Source: Harriotta raleighana (Eukaryota). From it: DNA of 64,000 bases. Positions 51,227-64,000 of this stretch are shown one piece after another (the stretch's first letter is position 1; each line of letters begins with the position of its first letter). The stretch is from positions 378,244 through 442,243 of the forward strand of contig JBNZDD010013574.1 in the NCBI GenBank assembly GCA_050575255.1, read 5' to 3'. Both the position numbers and the translations under genes were made by a program. The notes under the pieces were generated by a model, which worked only from the letters and a program-made list of their open reading frames with translations, made no database searches and was not told where the DNA came from.

Positions 51227-54200
51227 GTGGGGGGGGGGGGGTGGAGGAGAAATTGCAAAAGAAAACTATTCCCCCCCTTCAAAAAAAACTTGTTGATGCA
51301 TCTATTAAACAAGGTGAAGGTGGCATTCGCTTACACCAACTCCAGTACCCCCCCACTCTTGTCCCCCTTATAAGATGCTCTGGGACACTACGCCGCGAGA
51401 AAGGGTGTGATATTAATCCAAGGAGGTGTTGTTGTAAACCGTACACATCTGCCCAGAAATATACAGTATATTCTGTGAAGCGCTTTTGAGACGTCTAGAA
51501 GACGTAAAAGCGCTGTATCAAATGCAAGGATTATTATTATTATTATTATTTTTATTATCCTGCTTTGAGCAGGCAGTAGATTGGTATAGCCAGCCAATTT
51601 CCTCATCTGATGTCAATGAGGGTGGGAGTACAATACAGTCATAGCCTTATTGTTCTGTGAGCTGAGACCACCGTCCTCCCCCTTCTCCAACTCCTACGAG
51701 CCACCCAACCCCCATCCTTTAGTCTTTCCAGCGTCTTGGGACGTCCTCCTGACGTGAAAGGCTCTATACAAATGTTGTTGTTGTTGTGATCTTCCTCCCA
51801 TTGAGGCTGCTGTTGAATTAATTGATGGAATTTACCCAACCCAAGAGTGAGCAAGTTCGAGTGGTTTGACTCGAACCTTCTAAGCTGCTCGATCTGAGAT
51901 CTGAAATGTTTAACTTGACCAATTAACCCTTTGCCATATCTCTGTCATAGGTTGTGTCTCTGTGCCAACATTTGTTTTGTTCAGAAAAAAATGACGATGT
52001 TTAGAAACGGTCTGAAAATACAAGGGACGCTATTGTTTTCTCTCTTCCCCCCACTCCCCGCCCCCTCCCCCCCCCAACCCAATTACCACCTCACTCCTTT
52101 TTGAGGTAACGTCAGACATAATTGATCTTTTTTTTCACCACTCAGCGTTTGAGAAAAGGCTGACTAAATGATCCATTAGTTTTGAAATGCATGTTTCTTT
52201 TTAAAAAAAAGAGAAATTCGAAAAAAGATCCAATTGAATTATTTTTTTTTGGCGGGTTGGGAGATTCCAGTATGAACATTTTCTCAGCCTGATCTGAAGC
52301 TATTGAGAATTCCACAGCAATACTGGAGGGAAACCCTTCACGTCGAGAAGCTGCTGTTGTAAGTCTTCACTGCTTTCCCTGCAATGGTATTACAGTATTA
52401 GGCTACCTTCGCATCAGATTTAGTAATCTATCCTTAAATGCTTTGCGACTTGCTTCGCCTGATCTTGTATCGGTGGTGATGGGGGTGGGATGGGTGGGTG
52501 AATCTTTCACCTCCATATTCTAGCACAACCGCCCAACGCAAGAAGGGAGGGCCTGAGTTCAGTTCGCAGTGATTGATGAAAGCAGAGGATTTTGTGTCCA
52601 GCCACGATTGAAATGAAATTGGAACCACAGAAATGGATCCATATTGCGTTACGGTGCGTTACTCGTGGGACTCAACCACCCCCTTGCATTTCAATATTCT
52701 TTCCTTTAAAAGCACAGAGTTTTTTTTTACATAATCTTCTTAAGAAAGTAAACCCAGAGCAATCCATCCATTCAGGTTAGCGTCAGGAAGAGAGAGAGAG
52801 AGGGGGGTGGTCAGAGATTGAGGATTGCAAAAGGGCAAATTGAGAGGTAGAGCAAGGATTTCTTCCCACATTTGGTGATCAGTGGCTGGAAAAGGGATCC
52901 AGAGAGAGTAGTTCAGTCCGTCAAGCCAGGGATATTTCGAGAAATAGCTTGATTAGAAAAGGGAAAGAGGACAGAGCGGGTATTCTGTAAGGATACAATC
53001 ATAGGTCCTAATGCACCCAAACCCACTCTCGTGATCTTCTGTTCCTTCTATGACTACATAGATTTTCTAATTTCACTGCAGTTCTAGTTAGCATTAGTCA
53101 GAGGTGCCCACTTGTATGAAGTGTGCTGCAGTGCATTTAAAGACACGTTTATAACGAGACAGATCACACTACTTATAGAATGACATTTACATCTGGTAAA
53201 TGCCAAACAAGGAGGGTTTTTTGGGGGGTTGGGGGGTTGGGGCTGATTCATTCAGTTGAACAATCAGCAGATGAATATGTCTGAAGGAGGAAAAGTATAT
53301 GAATATTGGTCATTATGGGTAAGGACTGTGAGAAACAAGAGCCTTCTTGAATCACACAACCTGCTTTGTCCGCAAACCTGGGGCACGAAACTCTCCCTTA
53401 TTAGTTGCGCACAAGGGTTTGCAAATGCAGCGATTTCAAGATGGATCGCTCAATAATACGAACTCCCAAGCAGTAGCAAATGGTGTCTCCTTTGAAATGA
53501 CACACAGCCGGGAAATATGTCACCACAGAAAGCCGGTGGATTAACCGCATTGTCTGCGTGACACGTTTTCCCAGTTACCATAAGGAGTTTCCTCTTTTGC
53601 AACTTGTGTGAGTTGAGTCTTCTGTAAGCCTCTGCGAATTCTCGTTTCACACCGCTTCGATCATTGCTGTGACTCAATGTACAGTAAACAGACTGAACTT
53701 GCTCCGAATGATGCGCTTGGTACCAGAATGTCAGCTTCGAAGGCGATCATTTCCAGCAGTGTTTGGTTGTCCAAATCCCATGCCAGGCTTTAAATTGGAG
53801 AGACAGACTACTTTTTCTAGCTTGCAATTAGTAAACCAGTTTTCGTTGACTTCTGAAAGCGCTTTATGGAATGCACTGTAAAGTGAATTGACTATATATT
53901 TGTGAGTAAAGGCATTGCTTGATATCGCTGTAAACCATACAGGACAGAAGGCTTGAGGTTTGATTCCCAGTGCCAGATGCGCTCTCTGATGTAAGCTACA
54001 ATCCCAATTGGAAGCTGTATTTTTTTCCTCCCTTGCCTAAGGGTGGAAGGGTTTCTACTCATGTATTTCCTGAATTGCTGTCCAGTTCTGATCAGTGAAC
54101 AGGAATCTCTGCATGCTCAGGCTTCCATACTCAAAGCCACCTCATCTTACCTCCCAAGACTTGTCATGACATTGTAGCTCCTCAGGCTCAGGGCTAATGC

Positions 54201-54590
54201 TGTCCTTATCTCTGTTCCCGTCGGTATTGGCTTATCCTCACATCAGCCAATAATCAGGAGAAACTTTACATCGATCCCTACTCAACACAGCAAAGTGATA
54301 ACAGCTTTGGAGCGTTGCTGTTAGATTGCCAAAGCTTTCTTAGGCTGCAAACAAAATTGTCAGGTGACCTTTTAGTCTTAATACGTGAATCAACATGTTG
54401 GAACAAAAATGTTACAGAAAATAAATTTTTCTCTTAAATGAAGTTACGTAACTGGGAAATCAAGACTCACGATACGCAATTGGCTACCGTGTTTGGTCTA
54501 TCAAATACAGTTAGTCTAATTTACAGTATGTCGTGTGAGGCACTTTGAGACCGTCTCAAAGACATAATAAGACACCCTATCAAATGCAAN

Positions 54591-55407
54591 AACATCAGCA
54601 TTCAAGGCTGCTCTCTCCACCTCTCGAAACCAGTCAGGAATCTGGGCGTCTTGTTTGACCCCGAACTGTCCTTCCTCCCTCATATCCGCTCCCTGACAGG
54701 TATTGCTTTCCACCAACTCCGCAATATTGCCAGGCTCCGCCACTACCTCAATCCCCCAGGCCGCCGAAACCCTCATTCATGCCTTTATCACCTCCAGGCT
54801 TGACTACGGGAACTCTCTCCTCGTCGACCTTCTAAACTTCTCCCTTCAAAGGCTGCAAATCATTCAGAATTCTGCAGCTCGTGTACTCTCCCACATCAGG
54901 CTTTGTGACCACATCACTCCCACCCTCGCCTGTCTCCACTGGCTCCCCATCCCCCAGAGGATCGACTTCAAGATCCTCGTCCTCACTTTCAAGACCATTC
55001 ACGGCCTTGCCCCCGCCTATCTCTCTGCCCTGCTGTCTCCCTATCAGCCTGCCCGCACCCTCCATTCAGCAGACTCGGGCCTGCTCCACATCCACCGCCC
55101 TAACTGCCCAACTATCAGTGGCCGGGCTTTCAGCCTCTCTGCCCCCACACTATGGAACTCCATCCCGCAGTCCCTCGACCTTGCTTCCTCCCTTTTCTCC
55201 TTCAAGGCCGGTCTCAAGACCTTCCTCTTCGACCACACCTTCGGCTCCCCCTCTGACTCTTCCCTGTCTCCCACTTTCCTTTCCCCTCCTTCTATCCCCA
55301 ACCCTCCACCCTCTGCTCGGGTCCCGACCTGACTGTTCAGCGCTTTGGGACGTCCTCCCGACGTGAAAGGCGCGAAACAAATATAATTTTGTTGTTGTTG
55401 TTGTTGT
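54591..55407 (+). mobile_element. L2-clade LINE, 3' ~0.8 kb (ORF2 C-terminus, 3'UTR, (TTG)n tail)
   Basis: AETLIHAFITSRLDYGNSLL...LQIIQNSAARV...DHITPTL..LHWLPIPQRIDFKIL...GRAFS..APTLWNS.P...FKAGLKTFLF is the typical L2 ORF2 end; frameshifted upstream. Confidence 0.92.
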
Positions 55408-56750
55408 CATGAACAGCAGCATCAGAAATGTGGAGCCATTTGGTCTTTTGAGTCAATTGGTAGCTTCTTGAGATAATGTGAAAAATAATCCCTAATCTAT
55501 GAAATAAATTTCAAGCTCCAAGGATTTATATACCAGCAGATTTGCTATCGCTGGTGGATCTGAAAGGGTTACACAAATAAAAACCTCCCATCACTGTCAG
55601 CCATATGAGCATAAAGTGGTGCTCTGTGCTAAGTGCACTCAGAATAGGTTGTTTTCAATGGTCAAGTAATCTAGAGGAGAAAAAACCTATTCTCTCAGCG
55701 CTCTACTTCTCTGGGAGCTGTTGTCTTTAAAGCGAGGTAGTCCAGGGTTACACAGCGGAGATGAGGGAACGCAACAATTTCCTGCGTTTTATACAGAAAC
55801 TCCGCTCGATAGACAGAGAGTTGGAGTAAGATTGAATTCGACAAAAATGACAGTTTCAGGTTTTAGGCCTGTGACTCGTGGAGGGAGGATGTTTTGAGTT
55901 AAATGTACAGTGATGTGATGGGTAAATGGACTAGTGGTTCGATGAGTACATGGGGAGATCCAACGGAGCAGGAGTAGTCCAGACTAGTAATCCATGGGAG
56001 CTCCAAGATGACTTGAGGGATTATTTTTCTCAATTGAATTCCTCCGGATCCTTGATTTTTGCAATCGACCATCTATTAAATTGGATCAATTCCTGACTCG
56101 GTGATGAGAAGATAAATGTGATGCAGGTTGGGCATTGACGGAATGAAAATCTTGTTTTGTGTTTTTGGGGGTGGATCCCGCCATCTTTTCCTCCTTCGCT
56201 TTGGGTTTTCCTGCACTCACCATATTGGTCTGAAAGTTATAGCCATAACTGCTCTTTTCATTCGTTTAGCCGGGTGTCTTGACACTTGCGTTAACCCATC
56301 GCCGCGCTTAAGAGTTATCCAGACCGAGCTGAGAATTCCATTCATTTCATTCCCACCTACATGTGAAAATCCCAGAGATAAGATCGTTGGAATGGAATGC
56401 GCACTCTCTCCCTGGAGGGAGGCGTCCTTCTTATCTAATCCCACAAAGTATTAGGGGCAGGTTTGCAAGAGCCAAGGCTTGGTGGTCCCTAGAGTGTGCG
56501 CATAATTGCTCCAATTAGAATTATATTCCCGCATGGCTAGTTTTGATTCCTTAATCCTGCTTCTCTATGTAAAGGAATTCGAGACTGTGTGTTTAGCTAC
56601 ATTTCGGTTTTTTCTTGGCAGAATAATTTTTGATAATAATATGTTGTTTTCAATTCACGTTGTCGTTCGCCTTGCGTCTCTCCCACAAAAGCTAAGTTGA
56701 TGTGGTCATGCTACTGTCAGTCAAACGTCAAAGTAGAGTGTAGTCGTTGA

Positions 56751-56930
56751 GTCAGGCAGCATCTATGGAGAGAGGTTAGAGAGTTAACGATTCAGACAAC
56801 TGGTCATCGACCTGAAACGTTGACTCACTTTCCTCTCTCTCTCTCCGTAGATGCTGCCTGACCCGCTGAGTGTTCCCAGCGACTTCTGTTTTTATTTCAG
56901 ACTTCCAGCCTCTGCGGTGTGTTGCCTTTT
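56751..56930. mobile_element. Penelope-like / shark palindromic repeat remnant forming a ~112-nt hairpin
   Basis: gtcaggcagcatctatggagagag (56751-56774) pairs with ctctctccgtagatgctgcctgac (56839-56862); inner gagttaacgattcag pairs with ctgaaacgttgactc. Family assignment is from memory of shark repeats. Confidence 0.6.
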
Positions 56931-56988
56931 TGTCAATGTAGTGTGTGATGTGGTAGCTTTTTTGTTGCTGGATGATAATAACTTTTAA

Positions 56989-57282
<294 letters not shown>

Positions 57283-57424
57283 TAACTAATAAACCATGCT
57301 TTTAAGATATTTTGGGGGGAACTTTAGCGGCCAACAGACTGAAGTTGTAAGAGTGTAACCAAAACGCAATAAGGTCCAACATGCTCCTTGATGGTGGCGT
57401 AAATCTGAAGAAACATTGGGCATT

Positions 57425-57595
57425 CATAATAATAATGATAATAATAATAATAATCCTTGCACAGAATATATTGTAAAGTGCATTGACTGCATATTGTGTG
57501 GGCGAAATAAGGCAGCGAATGGTGCACAACAGTGTCCCATACAGAGTTGAGGACAAGATGATTATTATTTGAATGTTTTTTGAAGGATTATTACT
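57425..57595 (-). mobile_element. Diverged SINE remnant
   Basis: Tail and core with deletions. Confidence 0.7.
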
Positions 57596-57814
57596 CCCGG
57601 AAAGGCTTATGTTTAAAAATGATTAGATACCTATGTTTAAGCAGGCGCAGTCAAAGAGGAAGGTCTTCAGGCGGGACCTGAAGTTAGGGAAGGAGGGGGC
57701 AATCTTAAATTAATTGTTTGGGAGGACATATTTTGCAGCTTACTGCAAGATTCTTTGAGATGTTTTGATGATGTGACAAGGCACTGTATAGACTGTATCG
57801 GGTGATTATTTGGA

Positions 57815-57952
57815 AAGGACGAGTTTGTGGGGATATGGGGAGAGAGCCAGGGATGGGATTGACTTTAAGCAGCTCTTTTCAAAGAGCTGGCACAGACTCG
57901 ATGGGCCGAATGGCCTCCTTTAGCACTGAAAAAATTCTGTGATTCTATGATT
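57815..57952 (+). mobile_element. CR1-clade LINE 3' end (shark HER1/HE1-like tail)
   Basis: gagctggcacagactcgatgggccgaatggcctcctt...attctgtgattctatg. Confidence 0.7.
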
Positions 57953-59443
57953 ATCATCATTGGTAGAAATTCAGGGCCATTGAAAGAAAGATTTGTACCT
58001 TGCCTAGTCTAAAATTCGAATTCTTTTCTTCAAGTGTTACTAGTATGTGTTACTAGAAAAAAAAACTGTGGTGAATGCACTTCTGTGATGTGAGAGCCAG
58101 GGGATACCTCTTAGATTCCAGCTCAGCCCATTTCATTCAGCGTGAGCAGTTTGGATCTTAAGGTTGATTGCACACGAGGCTGACCAACAAAGTGGGAAGC
58201 TGCCCATGGTGAACGGGTGAGGACTTTGCTTCCCTCACTCTTGACGTCCGGGACCCATCAGGTTGATTGAAACGACTAACTCTCAAGTTGTGGTTTGGAC
58301 TTGTATTTGTACTTCTGCTTCTGTTAAGGTAGGAGAGTCCCTTTCAGTGGGTTCCACTGAGAGTGAAACAGTTCTGGGTTAAAAACTTGATCTGAGGTGA
58401 GGCTTGAGCAACAACAACAACAGTTTGCATTTATACAACGACTTTCATGTCGAGAGGACTCCTTGAGGCGCTTTGTAAAGCCGAAAGATGGAGGCAGCTG
58501 AGAGAGATTTGTGTGTGTGTGTGTCTGTGTGTGTGTGTGGGTGACCAAAAGTGTAGTTGGAAAGAAACAGGTTAGGGCAGGGGTTAAAAGTGGAGAGAGA
58601 TGGGGCGAGGCGGAGTTATGTGTTATGTTTCCTGTCTATCAGGTTCATCAGTTGGCTCACCTGCCAGTTAGCACTGAACTCATATATTGATGGTAAATTC
58701 AGTGAGTAATTTGAGCTGCCGCATGAAACCAAACCTTATCGCAAGTCTTAAAAAAAATCACCTTCCCTCGGACAAATTCAATCCTAAAGAAACCTAACAG
58801 GAATACCAATGACACTTAACTTATCAACTTTTTAAAAATTTGTATGCCTCATGTGTAACACATACATACACAACGCCTTAAACATTTCCATATTATTATT
58901 CCAGACTTCAGCCTCAGGAGAATAGAGATGAGTAAAGTGGTTTTGACGTTTTTTTTTCTTTCCGAAAAAAAATTCAGGAGACGTGCTATTATTTTCGCTC
59001 AAATAGCACTCCCTCTGGTTAGAAAGAAAGGAGAAAAGGAGATCAAAGAAAACAACATCAAAGGACATTGGTCCCTAAAGGGCTCAATCAGATCCAAACA
59101 ATTCACTTGTCCTCACTCGAGAAGCCCACGGTGACACTTTGGGGGGAGATGTGTCTCTCCAGCCTTGTTTACAGCGAGGGTGTTTACTTGGCTCCAATGG
59201 TAGGTTAGGGAACAGACAACTGCAGATCGAGGGCTTGGTGCAAAAAAGGGCAGGCTTGGTAAATGCTACATTGATTTCGTTTAAACCGGATGAGCTGAGA
59301 CTTAGGAATCCCCTTCAGCAGACTGACTGTGAGGTTGAATCAAGCCGAGATGAAAGCTTGATCGGAAGTGATACGGAGCTGGAAAAGTCGTGCGGACGGA
59401 CGGAGGCGATTGCGTGTCATCCGCCCTGCGTGCGTTAAGCTTT

Positions 59444-59740
59444 TACTCGCCCTACAAGCATGAGATCTGTGTTTCGAATCCAGGCAGGTCAAGGCAAAAC
59501 CTCGGGCAAGTTTCCTTACTAATATTAATCCCTCCAAAAAAAAACAACCAATAATAAAATTGGTCATTTCAATCTACGACTGTTTGTAGGGACACTGCTG
59601 TGCGCAATTAGCTGCCGCATTTCGCCTGCAAATATACAGTCAATTCACTTTGCAGTATATTCTCTCAAATGCTTTAAGACGTCTAGAAGACGTGAAAAGC
59701 ACTATATCAAATGCAAGGATTATTAATGTATTATTATTAA
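59444..59740 (+). mobile_element. SINE with a slightly 5'-truncated head
   Basis: Family match. Confidence 0.88.
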
Positions 59741-60703
59741 TACATATTATATAATCTCACAATGCCAGCTATCCTGAGGCAATGCTCGGGTGGTGAGTGA
59801 ATCAGCTACTAGATGGTTTGATTTGTCTTCAGTGCTACTGAAGAATATTATAGGAATAGTATGACTGCGGACGCCTCTCAAAGCTTTTCCCCAAGTCATT
59901 GCTGGTATTTTATAGGGGAACGCTGCTGTGATTTGCATTGACCTCCAAACAGCCATGAAATGATTGACCAATTTACCTAGAGAATTGTTGGCCAGGCCTG
60001 CTTGGGGGGAAACTTCTTCTCTTTTGTGAGATACTGTAGCGCAACCAAAAATTGCTCTCTTCGAAGAGACCTGAGAAATTGCTGCCCTGAGTAATAGTGT
60101 GACTGATTAGGGACCCAAGCACAACTGTACTTGTGAGTGTCCAAAGCCAGCTTTCAATCCATCTCACTTTATCACCTAAATTATACTTGGAGCTATGTGC
60201 TTGTCACTAGCAATATCAAGAAACCAATATAATTATGTCAGCGCTTGTGACTTCAATAGCATTTACATGCACCACAGCGTGTTCGACTGTTCATTGCATT
60301 TTTCTCGCTAAATAGACCACAAAGAGACTTTAATTCAGATTAGTTCTCAAGTGCAAGGTCACTGCGAGGCAGAGAAATGAGAGCTCAAGAATGAAACAGT
60401 GTTGGGTCTGGTAATTTAGTTTTACTGTTATGATTTGTGCAACAAATTGTTTATGAAGTACAGTACAATAGTTGCCAGTGCAAGCACAGGTACGATTTGT
60501 GACACTTTTGTTGTTGTAAGGGCTAAACTACTTGTCCATTTGCCAAGTGCAACAAGAACTATCTGAAATTCGACGCAGGCTTAGCTATGTCCAGTGGTTT
60601 AAGGGGTGCAGAATTGTGGGCAGTTCTGAAACTAAACCATTGAAAGGGAATGGATTGGATTTTTACCTTCAAAATTTACTTAATAAACATTTTGTTTCTA
60701 GGT

Positions 60704-61033
60704 CATTCATGGCCTTGTCGTCGTCGTCCCCCATCCCACCTCTCTGACCTGCTGTCGCCCTACGAACTGCCCCGTCCCCTCCGTTCAGCGGGCTCCGGCC
60801 TGCTCCATGTCCACCCTCCCGGCCCGCCCTACCATCGGTGGATGGGCTTTCAGCCTCTCTGGCCCCACACTCTGGAACTCCAACCCATAGTCACCTGGCC
60901 TTGCTCCCTCCTTCATTCAAGGCCGGTCTCAAGACCCTGCTCTTCGACCTTGCCTTCTGCTGTACTCCCAACTGTCTCCCCCCACCTCGTAACTCTCTCC
61001 CGCCACTCCCCCCCTACCCTACTTGTTGTTGTT
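60704..61033 (+). mobile_element. L2 LINE 3' fragment
   Basis: LSDLLSPYELPRPLRSAGSGLL and SFKAGLKTLLFD, homologous to 54991-55240; ends in (TTG)n. Confidence 0.85.
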
Positions 61034-61485
61034 CTTCTTCCCTATGAAAGATGGAAATCAGCATGAAAGGCAGACACCATTATTCCTTCAAAGTACCTCA
61101 GGTTCTGTTTCTCCGTGAAGCTCTGCATATATTTAAGAAGCTCACAGTGGTCAGGCGAAACCTATCTTTGAGTGACAAAATACCGTAATCATTTTGCCAC
61201 TTAAGATGCAGTGCGTTATTAGGAAAGCAAAGATTCTCCGCTGCACCGAGAGTGGGAATAAATTAAATTGCAGACACTTACTACTGTATTAGCCCTGGAG
61301 TCCAGGCTGGATGTGTGTACTGTACAAGCTCTTTTAAGTTTGGCTAATGTTAGTCTGATAGAACGAGGGGTTGCAGCAGAGAATCGAGAAGGCATGGAGA
61401 GTGTGTGCTGACTATATTGGAGCCCAAATATCTGGGTCTACATGATCCAAAATGCGTGTATGCCATCCTTACCCTACAGTGTAGC

Positions 61486-61628
61486 TATTCAATCCATGAC
61501 TGTTTGTGGGATGTTGTTGTGCGCCGAATATACAGTCAATTTACTTTACAGTACATTCTCTGAAGCGCTTTGAGACGTCTAGAAGACGTACAAAGTGTTA
61601 AATCAAATGCAAGGATTATTATTATTAT
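61486..61628 (+). mobile_element. SINE 3' part
   Basis: Tail ending in (ATT)n. Confidence 0.75.
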
Positions 61629-62694
61629 ATTCGGGTATTTTTATGATCCCCAAAAAATGCACTCGTTTGATTCACAGAGGGAGGAAAGAGCGTAAACAAA
61701 ACAAGTTACATTAGACGTGTTGGAACATTGCAGTCCATTATGACAGCCACACACCAAATGGGTCATAATGAAGGATACTTAATAGAAAAGAGCTCGATGT
61801 CTTTACAGAGTGATAACTGCTCCATTAGTAATGTCAAAATTGCAGCAAAATTACATTTGTGTAGCGCCTTTCACGTCGGGAGGACGTCCCAAGGCGATGG
61901 AGGAGAAAGAGAGAGAGAGAGATGCGAAGTGGAACTGTGTTGCGGTGAGGGTGTTTATGATTCTTTTGTCTATGACTACGAATCACAAAAAGATGTCTTG
62001 GAACCGGTGGTTCATCGGTGAATGTTACAGCTGCGTACGTGTGTGTGTGTGTGTGAGTGTGTTTGATCGCAGGCGTGTATTATGTGGCTGAGTTCCTAGT
62101 TATGTCTAACACGCAGATCAACAGCAATTGGACCTCAACTCCTCCGAATGTCACTGTGAACAAATAAAAACTAGGTAACACACTCTGCGACTTGTTTAGA
62201 CAGTTTAATTCCCAAGAGCATCAGCACTTCTTTGGGGTGAAATTGCAGAGGCGTGAACGGATCGCTAAATTTGGACACAGTACTCTATCATATATATTTT
62301 ATTTGTTACACCTAGGCATTTCCTTTGCTTCAATGAGGCACCCTTTCCTTTGTAGAACTAAATTGGTTGTTATTTTTGGAGACGTAAGATATTTAGACTT
62401 GCGGAAGATTTTCACTCCCAACTCTTCACCTGATAAATTACAAGGTAGCCATGTTGCAAGACTGACAAAGACTTTAGTATCTGCCGATGGATAAGTAAAA
62501 GCGTGCAGATAATTGAATGTTACTCACGTAAAAAAATGCTCTGAAACCAGCTCTTTCTGAATTCATTCCCCGATTAAACCAAGCAACTAATTTTATCTGT
62601 CGATGTCATTAGATGACTTGTAAGAATAGTTCCTCCTCGGGGATAATTAGCAGAGCTATCCTCCCTGGGGGGAGAGGGGGGGAGCGGTTTGGGT

Positions 62695-63046
62695 AATAAC
62701 AATAATAATAATCCTTGCACCCTTGCATCTTCTAGACAACAACAACAACAACAAAATTACACTTATAGAGCGCGTTTCACGTCAGGAGGACGTCCCAAGG
62801 CGCTTCACAGAATGTACAGCAAAGTGAATTGACTGTATACTTGTGGGCGAAACATGGCAGCCAATTGCGCACAGCAGCGTCCCAGCTGAGGATTGAAATG
62901 ATCAATTTTATTTCGTTTTTTGTTTGAGGGATTATTAATAGGCGTGTGGAATAAGGAAACTTGCACAAGGTTTCGCCCTGACCTGCCTGGATTCGAACAC
63001 AGGTCTCACACTTGTAAGGCGAGTGCTCTAACCACTGAGCTACAGG
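62695..63046 (-). mobile_element. SINE whose tail is interrupted by a short L2 3' end
   Basis: SINE head and core at 62805-63046, L2 tail with (CAA)n at 62737-62804, SINE tail remnant at 62695-62737. Confidence 0.85.
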
Positions 63047-63374
63047 TTGGGGAGGGTAAGGGGGGGGAGGGGGGGGGGGTTCTCGTTGGAGCTGAAACTA
63101 GCTGCGGGCTAAACTTGTGGTGTGTTGCCAAAGTTTATAGCCAATACAGTTGTCACTTCAAGACTCACGACACAGCCGCATGTTAGTGGCCTGCCAAATT
63201 GTCCTCCCACCTTGCATCTGCTTGCTGCCCACCCTATGTGCTCAGGTCAACAAAGTACTTAACTGGCTTGTGTGTGGGATGGTGAGTGTTGCATATTGTG
63301 TTCCATGCTGGGCTGCATGCTGGACCACAACTTTTTTTTAATGAAGAAAAACATATAAGGCCACCTGGATACTG

Positions 63375-63712
63375 TAATAATAATCTTTGCATTTGATGTA
63401 GAGCTTTTCACGTCTTCTAGACATCTCAAAGAGCTTCACAGAATATACTGTAGAGTAAATTGACTGTATATTTGTGGGCGGAAATCGGCAGCCGATTGCG
63501 CACACAGTGTCCCCACAAACTGTCGTGGATTGAAATGACCAATTTTATTATTGAGGGTTGTTTTTTTTTGGAGGGATTATTATTAGGCGTGTGTGTGGAG
63601 GAAGGTAGGAGTAAGGAAAGCCCAAGGTTTCGCCCTGACCTGCCTGGATTCGAACACAGGTCTCACTTTTATAAAGCGAGTGCTCCAACCACTGAGCCTC
63701 AGCACTCCCATG
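63375..63712 (-). mobile_element. Full-length SINE
   Basis: Family match. Confidence 0.9.
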
Positions 63713-64000
63713 TGAGGGGAGGTATATATATGTAAATGCAAGTTGCTGTTGTAATTTTGGTTTGATCCATAATTATCTCCTTAATATGTTTCGTGAAAAG
63801 TATAAACCAACCAGTTGAGGCAATAGTGAATGATCGGGAGTTTTAGATTTGATTAAATTTTTCCATTTGGATACCAAATGCGTTCCAATAATAAAAACAA
63901 TAATACATATTAATCGTGGCATTTGATACAGCGCCTTTCAAGTTGGGAATCACTCCACTGGATTTGCTAAAAAGTGCAGTCAGTGACTGTGGGTTCTTTG

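Noticed and set aside
54703-55332. 209-aa ORF
   Set aside because: It is a frameshifted L2 ORF2 remnant, not a host gene.

Overview
Vertebrate (eukaryotic) genomic DNA, most likely from a cartilaginous fish. The repeat set (a tRNA-headed Deu-core SINE with an L2-like tail, L2, CR1 and Penelope-like fragments) fits a holocephalan such as elephant shark; this species call is inference. The window holds the 5' part of one + strand gene, ARHGEF9 (collybistin), identified from a near-human-identical 180-nt SH3 exon (57043-57222) and the short 'MTL' start exon (ATG 48175). Two things stand out. (1) Four upstream exons (11777-13455, 18901-19275, 21610-21754, 33964-34085) splice in phase onto the SH3 exon and encode a ~747-aa SPATA13/ARHGEF4 (ASEF)-like N-terminus with a degenerate APC-binding motif, which mammalian collybistin lacks. 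(2) The leader of the MTL exon carries a 64-aa single-pass transmembrane microprotein ORF (47769-47963). It aligns without gaps to SMIM39 as I recall it, a microprotein of the paralogous ARHGEF4 locus, suggesting an ancient microprotein + RhoGEF bicistronic arrangement. The rest is intron, with about 35-40 SINE copies or fragments, LINE remnants, microsatellites and several gap-associated assembly duplications. All comparisons to human proteins are from memory, not from searches.
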